Positions 58,098-64,000 of a stretch of 64,000 bases of DNA are shown here, piece after piece (within the stretch, counting starts at the first letter, position 1; every line of letters starts with the position of its first letter). The position numbers were made by a program, and so were the translations under genes. The stretch is taken from assembly GCA_963722445.1 (NCBI GenBank), contig CAVRMZ010000047.1, positions 1,162 to 65,161 on the forward strand, in the 5' to 3' direction. A model generated the notes under the pieces. It was not told the DNA's origin. It saw only the letters and a program-made list of their open reading frames with translations, and searched no databases. This DNA is from an uncultured Bacilli bacterium (GTDB lineage Bacteria > Bacillota_I > Bacilli_A > RFN20 > CAG-826).

Positions 58098-59258
58098 ATG
58101 TCCGAAGAAAAGAAACCCACCGACACACCAATCAAAGAAGAGAAATTAACGAATAACGCTGTGGAAGAAAGCGACTTCTCAGACGAAGCCAAGCCTGTTT
58201 CGGTTCCTGTCGAAGAGAAAAAGCCTGGCGAAGAGGCCAAACCTGTCATTCCGGCAATAGATCTCCACGTTGAAGAGAAACCCGAAGAACCGGCGCCTAA
58301 GAATCCCGAAGCCAAGCCTTTAAAAGAAAAAGCTCAAATCGAGAAATTTGTCTATAGCGAGCCTGATCTTCAAGGCATTGAAAATCAGCGTCAGATCTTT
58401 TTCAAAATCTACAAGAAAGCTAATATCATCAAATACGTAGTTGCCGGCGTTTGCTTGGTTGCCATCATCGTTGGCTGGCTTGTTCCTTCTTATATTATCA
58501 AAGATAACCCCCAAGTTTCGTTCTACGTGACGATTGCGATCGTTCTAGCGTCTCTCGCTGTTATTCTTATCTTCAATGTGGTGTTTAAGAAAAAAGTCGA
58601 GAAAGCGATGAAGGAATACTTCGCAAAATATTATGACTACAATAATGATTTTGTCTTTGGTGATAAAATTCAAAACGTCAAGGGCGGAATCGATGACAAA
58701 CTCGATCCTGAAGTCTTCAAAAAATGCAATCTTTACAAAAACGTTTATAAGGTTGGAAGCCGCGAATGCCTGATTTTCGATTATCAAGGGCATCACATTA
58801 CCTTCGCGGATGCTGCCGCCACGATTAAAGGCGAGAAATCTGTTCAAACCGTTTTCGTGGGTAAGTTCTTGAAGACCGACAACAGCTACATCGGATCGGA
58901 CCTTGTTATTTACTTCAAAGGCAACAAGAGGGCGCTTCCTCCTACTACCTTAGAGGGGAAGGAAGTCTTCGAAGATAGCCGAACGATGGTGGTCTATGGC
59001 GATAAAGACGCCAGAAAGTTTCTTACTCACGAGGTAAAGCAGGCTTTGGCTGCCTTCTCCACGAATGCCATCTTCGTCGATATGGCTCTTTCCATCCAAG
59101 CCGGCACAACCTATGTCGCAATGGGGTATGAAGACGATCTGATGGTGCTGCCTCTTGAAAAGCCATTCAATCCAGCTCCGACTAAACAGCATCAGGAGGA
59201 CATGACGAAAATATTTGCCCTTCTCGATGCTATCGACAAGTCTGAAAAGCATGAATAA
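58098..59258 (+). CDS. Hypothetical membrane protein (acidic Pro/Glu/Lys-rich N-terminus, 2 TM, C-terminal globular domain)
   Basis: An ORF with plausible codon usage, followed by a terminator at 59269-59294. No motif was recognised. Confidence 0.45.
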   Translation: MSEEKKPTDTPIKEEKLTNNAVEESDFSDEAKPVSVPVEEKKPGEEAKPVIPAIDLHVEEKPEEPAPKNPEAKPLKEKAQIEKFVYSEPDLQGIENQRQIFFKIYKKANIIKYVVAGVCLVAIIVGWLVPSYIIKDNPQVSFYVTIAIVLASLAVILIFNVVFKKKVEKAMKEYFAKYYDYNNDFVFGDKIQNVKGGIDDKLDPEVFKKCNLYKNVYKVGSRECLIFDYQGHHITFADAAATIKGEKSVQTVFVGKFLKTDNSYIGSDLVIYFKGNKRALPPTTLEGKEVFEDSRTMVVYGDKDARKFLTHEVKQALAAFSTNAIFVDMALSIQAGTTYVAMGYEDDLMVLPLEKPFNPAPTKQHQEDMTKIFALLDAIDKSEKHE

Positions 59259-59268
59259 GCGAAATTGT

Positions 59269-59294
59269 CCCGCCTTTAACTGGCGGGCTTTTTA
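59269..59294 (+). terminator. Rho-independent terminator
   Basis: CCCGCC-TTTAACT-GGCGGG followed by CTTTTTAG. Confidence 0.55.
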
Positions 59295-59326
59295 GTGCGT
59301 AAAAAACGTCAGGATAATAACAAAAA

Positions 59327-60448
59327 ATGACTCTTGGAAATTTCTTAAGCTTGGCCAATGCTCATCCTTGGGCTTATGTTGCCATCGTCTTGAATTTCGG
59401 CGTCATTTTCATCAACGGATGGACCGATGGGCCTAATTCCATTGCCACTTGCGTGACCACCAGGGCCATGAAGGCAAGATCGGCCGTGATTATGTCGGCT
59501 ATTTTTAACTTTTTGGGAGTTCTTTGCATCGGGCTTATCGCGGCCTATCTCTCAGACTTTGCAGATGTTTCCCAAACGATCGCAAGCCTTGTTTATTGGC
59601 CTTCTGGAATCTCGATTGACCGCGAACTTGTCGCCATCTGCGGCGGTCTTATTGCCATTGTCATTTGGAGTTTAGGCAGCACCTATTTTGGATTCCCGTC
59701 AAGCGAATCAAATGAATTGGTGGGGGGAGTATCCGGAGCCGTTATTTGCATTGCTGTTTTTTCTGGTGAAGCCAACGTTTTTTCCTATTTAGGTTGGTCT
59801 GCTTGGGCCAAAGTTCTTTGTGGGTTTTTTGGGTCGCTGATTTTAGGCTTTTTCTTAGGTTGGGCTTTAACGAAACTGATTGAACTTCTTTGCCAAAGAA
59901 TGACGCGCGGCAAAACAACGCGTTTTTTCACTAAAGGACAAATTGTTTCCGCCGGCGTGATGTCCTTCATTCATGGAATTCAGGATGGCGCAAAATTTAT
60001 CGGCGTCTTTATCATGGTGGCCGCGATGCTTGCCATGGCGAGTCCCCAATATGCTGGGGACGAATATGATTCTGTTATTGCCGGTTTGGCTGGTTCTTGG
60101 TGGATGTACGTTCCTGTCGCTTTCGTAATGGCCGGAGGCACCCTCATGGGGGGATATAATATCATTAGGACTTTAGGTCACGATATGGCTAAACTTCAAA
60201 TGTATCAAGCCTTTGCGACAGATATCGCTTCGGCGATAGGTTTGCTTTTAGCCACCTTCTTCGGAATCCCGGTCTCGACCGGAACCGTGAAGAGCACCGC
60301 CATTTTGGGCGGAGGCGCTTCCAAAGGCTATCGGCGCGTCCATTGGGACGTGGCGGGGAAGATGGTCGGAAGCTGGATTGCTATTTTTCCATTAACCGCG
60401 GTGATAGGGTTTGCCTTTACAGCTATCGTCTTATGTTTTGTTCATTAA
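59327..60448 (+). CDS. pit: Inorganic phosphate transporter, PiT family
   Basis: The GWTDGPNSIATCVTT segment resembles the PiT GANDxANxxGT signature. 373 aa, polytopic. Confidence 0.55.
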   Translation: MTLGNFLSLANAHPWAYVAIVLNFGVIFINGWTDGPNSIATCVTTRAMKARSAVIMSAIFNFLGVLCIGLIAAYLSDFADVSQTIASLVYWPSGISIDRELVAICGGLIAIVIWSLGSTYFGFPSSESNELVGGVSGAVICIAVFSGEANVFSYLGWSAWAKVLCGFFGSLILGFFLGWALTKLIELLCQRMTRGKTTRFFTKGQIVSAGVMSFIHGIQDGAKFIGVFIMVAAMLAMASPQYAGDEYDSVIAGLAGSWWMYVPVAFVMAGGTLMGGYNIIRTLGHDMAKLQMYQAFATDIASAIGLLLATFFGIPVSTGTVKSTAILGGGASKGYRRVHWDVAGKMVGSWIAIFPLTAVIGFAFTAIVLCFVH

Positions 60449-60467
60449 ACCAAGGAGGAACAAAAAC

Positions 60468-61097
60468 ATGTTTGGCAAAAAGAAAAAATCTAACTACTTC
60501 TTCGATTCGTTTCCAGCCCTTTGTCATTACTCCGTCCAGTGCGGGGACTACATTCTAAATTTCATGAAGAACTTTGATAATACAAAACTCGAAGAAACTA
60601 AAGTAAACGTTCATCTTATTGAGCACGCGGCTGATGAAAAGAAGCACGAAGCCACCAAAAAACTCATGGAAGAGTTTATGACGCCCATTGATCGGGAAGA
60701 TATTCTTGAGTTGCTAAGAATGATTGATGATGTCACCGACGCAATCGAGGAAGTTTCTTTGAAACTGTATCTCTACGATTATAAAGAACTGCCTCCGGAT
60801 ACTATTCCTTTTATGGAACTTACTGTCGATTGCATCAGGAGAACCGAGGACGTTCTCAAACACTTTGTGGATTATATGGACATGGATGTCATGTCTCCTC
60901 TCGTTGCCGCTGTCGTGCATTTGGAGGAAGAGAGCGATACCGAGTATATCAACGACGTTTCCCAACTTTATCGTTCCTCCACGGATTTCCTAACCATTAA
61001 GAAAAACGAAGCCATGTATTCGATGCTCGAAGAAACCGCTGATAAGTGCCGCGAGGTTTGCAAGTTCACGCAAACCATCATGTACAAGAACATCTGA
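60468..61097 (+). CDS. DUF47/PhoU-like phosphate-transport regulator (YkaA-like)
   Basis: An all-alpha charged protein that typically pairs with pit. The start is set at the ATG after AGGAGG (MFGKKKKSNYFFD…); the track begins at 60411, inside pit. Confidence 0.5.
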   Translation: MFGKKKKSNYFFDSFPALCHYSVQCGDYILNFMKNFDNTKLEETKVNVHLIEHAADEKKHEATKKLMEEFMTPIDREDILELLRMIDDVTDAIEEVSLKLYLYDYKELPPDTIPFMELTVDCIRRTEDVLKHFVDYMDMDVMSPLVAAVVHLEEESDTEYINDVSQLYRSSTDFLTIKKNEAMYSMLEETADKCREVCKFTQTIMYKNI

Positions 61098-61109
61098 TTT
61101 TGTCGCCAT

Positions 61110-61143
61110 GAGAAAGCGATGAAGTAACCGCTTTCTCTTTTTA
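61110..61143 (+). terminator. Rho-independent terminator after the pit operon
   Basis: GAGAAAGCG-(10 nt)-CGCTTTCTC followed by TTTTTAT. Confidence 0.65.
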
Positions 61144-61216
61144 TCCTCTTTATTTCACCAAGATTTATTTTTGTGTCGCTATAATATGGACGAGAAGCTG
61201 ATTCATCGCGAACGGC

Positions 61217-61813
61217 TTGCTTCTAGTTATGGAAGACGTAAATAACAGCAATCGTTTTTTTCGGTGGATAGTTGTGCAGGCTTATAAGCACGACGGTCTT
61301 TTGCATCGTCAGTGGAGCCCCGCTTATCTTACGGAAGAGACTGATGATTACTGGGCCTTATCAAGCAAAGCTTCGCTCGTTACCGAAAGCGACGGCCGCC
61401 GCTGGATGACCAAAGAACATGCGGTTTTCATTCTTTTTAAAAAGAAATGGATGAACATTATTTGCATGATGAAAGACGGCGGTGGAATTTGCTATTATGT
61501 GAATGTTGCCTCACCCACAATTCTTGATAATGGTTTCCTCAAATACATCGATTACGATCTTGACGTTAAACTTTTTCCCGACTCTACGATTAAAGAACTT
61601 GATGAACAAGAATTCGAGAGACATGTTTTGACTTACGGATATCAACCAGATTTGACTGCCGCTGTAAAGAAGAGCTTCGCTGAAATCAAAAGTCTTATGG
61701 TCCAAAATGCCTTTCCTTTTCAAACGAAAGACGTCATGCGGATTTATGGAATCTTTTTAAACGAAAATAAGCCTCTTACTCAGCATGAAGAAGCTGTTCC
61801 AAAGACGCAATAG
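61217..61813 (+). CDS. DUF402-family protein (nucleoside tri/diphosphatase Ntdp-like)
   Basis: CYYVNVASP…YIDYDLDVKL resembles the DUF402 core (YYxNIATP…DLDLD). Confidence 0.5.
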   Translation: MLLVMEDVNNSNRFFRWIVVQAYKHDGLLHRQWSPAYLTEETDDYWALSSKASLVTESDGRRWMTKEHAVFILFKKKWMNIICMMKDGGGICYYVNVASPTILDNGFLKYIDYDLDVKLFPDSTIKELDEQEFERHVLTYGYQPDLTAAVKKSFAEIKSLMVQNAFPFQTKDVMRIYGIFLNENKPLTQHEEAVPKTQ

Positions 61814-62693
61814 CGGAATTCGTCTCTTCAATGCCTGGTTGGATTCTCTTTTTTTTCGTAGGCGAATAAGAGCAATCTCCTATGGCATAAATACGATCAG
61901 TAACTTTTTGATTGTCGGCCACCAAAACCCCAAATCCCGTTTGAGATAAAGGAAGCGCGAAGGTCGAAGGCGAAGGAATCTGCCCATAGTTGACCAATGC
62001 AAAATCCGAAAGAAGAGTCAGGGTCGTTCCATCGTTAACGTTTTTGATGGCTATATCTTTGCAAAAACCATCTTTTTCTGTGAGGTGGTCCGGAACAAAC
62101 GGAAGATAAACCGCCAACTGGCAGCCTTCAATTGTTTTCGGGTTGCCGCGAAATTCCATTCGACGATGGACGAGCGAAACGAAAGGAGAAATTTTAGATA
62201 AAGCCTTGGCCCAGTCTAAAGCCGAATCACCTCCGCCGAAGATAACGATTTTTTTGTTCTCCATGATAGAAGGATCTTTAAGGGCATAAAAAATGTTTTG
62301 GCATTTTTCTTCGCCTGGCAACCCCATGGTTCGAGGCTTTTGAAAGCCCAGGCCTGTCGCTAAAAGGACAAATTTGGAAACGTATTCATTGCTAGGCGTT
62401 TTAACATAGACTTTGTTTTCTTTTTCTTCGATGGAAACAACGGGTGATCCGGTAATGACTTTTTCAGGATCGATGCCCTTGGAGAACGCCACGACAATCT
62501 CTTTGGCGCTTCGAGCTGAAATCATTTCGACATCGTCAACAAGTTTTTCTGGATACAAAAAATTAGGCTGGCCGCCTATTGCTTTCTCGGCTTCGAGCAA
62601 AAGGAAATCAATTCCTTTTTTCGTTAAGGCCTGAGCGGCATAGAGACCAACTGGCCCTCCACCTACGATGATGACGTCATAGATTTGCATCAC
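61776..62693 (-). CDS. FAD-dependent pyridine nucleotide-disulfide oxidoreductase, thioredoxin-reductase-like / YumC-type ferredoxin-NADP reductase
   Basis: MMQIYDVIIVGGGPVGLYAA FAD motif and a second NAD(P)H GGGDSA motif. No CxxC redox pair was seen, so it is more likely an FNR type than TrxB. Confidence 0.55.
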   Translation of the reverse strand: MMQIYDVIIVGGGPVGLYAAQALTKKGIDFLLLEAEKAIGGQPNFLYPEKLVDDVEMISARSAKEIVVAFSKGIDPEKVITGSPVVSIEEKENKVYVKTPSNEYVSKFVLLATGLGFQKPRTMGLPGEEKCQNIFYALKDPSIMENKKIVIFGGGDSALDWAKALSKISPFVSLVHRRMEFRGNPKTIEGCQLAVYLPFVPDHLTEKDGFCKDIAIKNVNDGTTLTLLSDFALVNYGQIPSPSTFALPLSQTGFGVLVADNQKVTDRIYAIGDCSYSPTKKKRIQPGIEETNSAIASLEQLLHAE

Positions 62694-62753
62694 TAGTATC
62701 CTAACATATGTTTGGCTTATAATTGATCGGCTCTTTTAGAGCCACGGAAAATC

Positions 62754-63215
62754 ATGAATTATACTTTTATCTCAAAATCCAAAGACGAAACCAAAAAACT
62801 TGGAAGGATTATTGCCCCCTTTTTTAAGGCTGGAGACGTTGTCCTTCTCAAAGGGGATTTGGGGGCTGGCAAAACCACTTTGGTCGGTGGGGTGGCTGAA
62901 GCCCTTAAAGTCGAAGACAATGTCATTTCTCCGACTTTTAACATCATGAAGTGCTATTTTCATGGAACGCTTCCTTTATACCACATTGATGCCTACCGTC
63001 TTGAAAACCAAAATATTGAACTTGGCTTAGATGAGTATATCGAGGGCGATGGCGTTTGCTTAATTGAATGGCCCCAATACATTAAGCCGCTTCTGCCCGA
63101 TGAGACATTATCCATTACGCTCGAAAACGTCGGTGGCGATAACCGCAAAATCACGATTGAAGGCAACTCAAAGCACTACGAGAATATCGTAAGCGCTGTG
63201 AAAGGAGCGTTCTAA
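62754..63215 (+). CDS. tsaE: tRNA threonylcarbamoyladenosine biosynthesis protein TsaE
   Basis: P-loop GDLGAGKTT, 153 aa. It begins the tsaE-tsaB-rimI arrangement. Confidence 0.8.
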   Translation: MNYTFISKSKDETKKLGRIIAPFFKAGDVVLLKGDLGAGKTTLVGGVAEALKVEDNVISPTFNIMKCYFHGTLPLYHIDAYRLENQNIELGLDEYIEGDGVCLIEWPQYIKPLLPDETLSITLENVGGDNRKITIEGNSKHYENIVSAVKGAF

Positions 63216-63805
63216 TGTATAGCGTTTTAATCGATACCTCGAATACGGATTTAGCGGTAGGTCTTGCCAAAGACCACGTTCTTGTCGATGAAATAGAATA
63301 TGAGGCTTGGCAAAAACAATCGGAATTCCTCGTGGCTGAGCTCGATAAAATCTTTAAGAAAAACAGAATTTCGCGGAAAGACGTCAGTGAGGTTATCGCT
63401 TCTAAAGGCCCGGGATCTTACACCGGCGTTCGCATTGCTCTCACGGTAGCCAAAGTCATGGCTTTCGCGTTGAAGGTTCCTCTCTATCTTGTGAGCAGCC
63501 TTGAGGTCGAGAAGACGGTCGGGAAACCAACTATCTGTCTTATGAACGCCAGGAGTAAACGGAGTTATATTGGGGTCTATCAAGAAGAGAGAATCCTTCT
63601 CCCCGATCAGATTATGAATAACGACGATGTTCTCAAATACATTGAAAGCCATAAAGAATATGCGGTCTCAGGCGACACCGAGTATCTTGGAATCAAGGCT
63701 CTTGATGTTGATGTGATCGGGAATCTCATTCATGCTGACATCGAACGAAACCTTATCAAAGACCCCATAACGGCCAAACCGGTCTATCTCAAGGACAATT
63801 ACTAA
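63215..63805 (+). CDS. tsaB: tRNA threonylcarbamoyladenosine biosynthesis protein TsaB
   Basis: YeaZ-type ASKGPGSYTGVRIALTVAK motif. Confidence 0.8.
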   Translation: MYSVLIDTSNTDLAVGLAKDHVLVDEIEYEAWQKQSEFLVAELDKIFKKNRISRKDVSEVIASKGPGSYTGVRIALTVAKVMAFALKVPLYLVSSLEVEKTVGKPTICLMNARSKRSYIGVYQEERILLPDQIMNNDDVLKYIESHKEYAVSGDTEYLGIKALDVDVIGNLIHADIERNLIKDPITAKPVYLKDNY

Positions 63806-64000
63806 TGCCCACTTCTTTGAAAATCCGCGCCATGCGGGAGGAAGATGTTCAAGCGGTTGCCCAATTAGAGAGCACCTGTTTTGAAAACCCGTGGCCCGAA
63901 AAAGAGATCGAATACGAGCTTAAGGAAAACCCTTGCTCGAAAATCCTGGTAGCCATTCTTGATGAAACGGTTGTGGGTTATCTCGATTTCATGATTACCT
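63805..64000 (+). CDS. rimI: Ribosomal-protein-alanine N-acetyltransferase (GNAT), 5' part
   Basis: MPTSLKIRAMREEDVQAVAQLESTCFENPWP… is a RimI-type N-terminus. The ATG overlaps the tsaB stop (TAATG). The gene runs off the window end. Confidence 0.7.
   Translation, partial: MPTSLKIRAMREEDVQAVAQLESTCFENPWPEKEIEYELKENPCSKILVAILDETVVGYLDFMIT

Overview
This window looks like a standard-genetic-code, low-GC (about 47%) Firmicutes-type chromosome segment. No long ORF is broken by UGA, so there is no sign of code 4. Its backbone is a compacted copy of the Bacillus origin-proximal housekeeping layout: pth-mfd-S4-tilS-ftsH-dus, then lysS, rpsF-ssb-rpsR-gdpP-rplI-dnaB followed by a WalJ-like MBL hydrolase and rlmH, then ssrA (tmRNA), eno, ung, pit, and tsaE-tsaB-rimI. 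Between the housekeeping blocks sit four accessory regions:
- A TetR-linked heterodimeric ABC exporter (2130-6527).
- A MarR-headed island (17.2-27.4 kb) with two tandemly duplicated BmrCD/PatAB-like heterodimeric ABC exporters plus an ABC-F protein. The paralogs share near-identical tracts with GC3 close to 100%, which points to gene conversion and/or a high-GC donor.
- A secreted barnase-family RNase carrying a long Ser/Thr-rich linker, next to a short Ntn-hydrolase and ssrA (40.3-42.9 kb).
- A surface-glycan locus (48.4-56.1 kb) with a GT-D/DUF1792-like glycosyltransferase, a Wzy-like membrane protein, a lipoprotein, a TupA-like ATP-grasp amidoligase and three GT4/GT1-like glycosyltransferases; ugd lies at 37.2 kb.

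Other observations are a TilS ortholog whose PP-loop reads TYGPES instead of SGGxDS, a tmRNA whose predicted tag ends in YACA, and a 30-aa Lys/Thr/Ala-rich micro-ORF with a strong RBS. No CRISPR array, integrase, transposase or rRNA/tRNA gene was seen. All calls come from reading the sequence and ORF track by eye; no database search was run. Manually placed coordinates for promoters, terminators and RNAs may be off by 1-2 nt.
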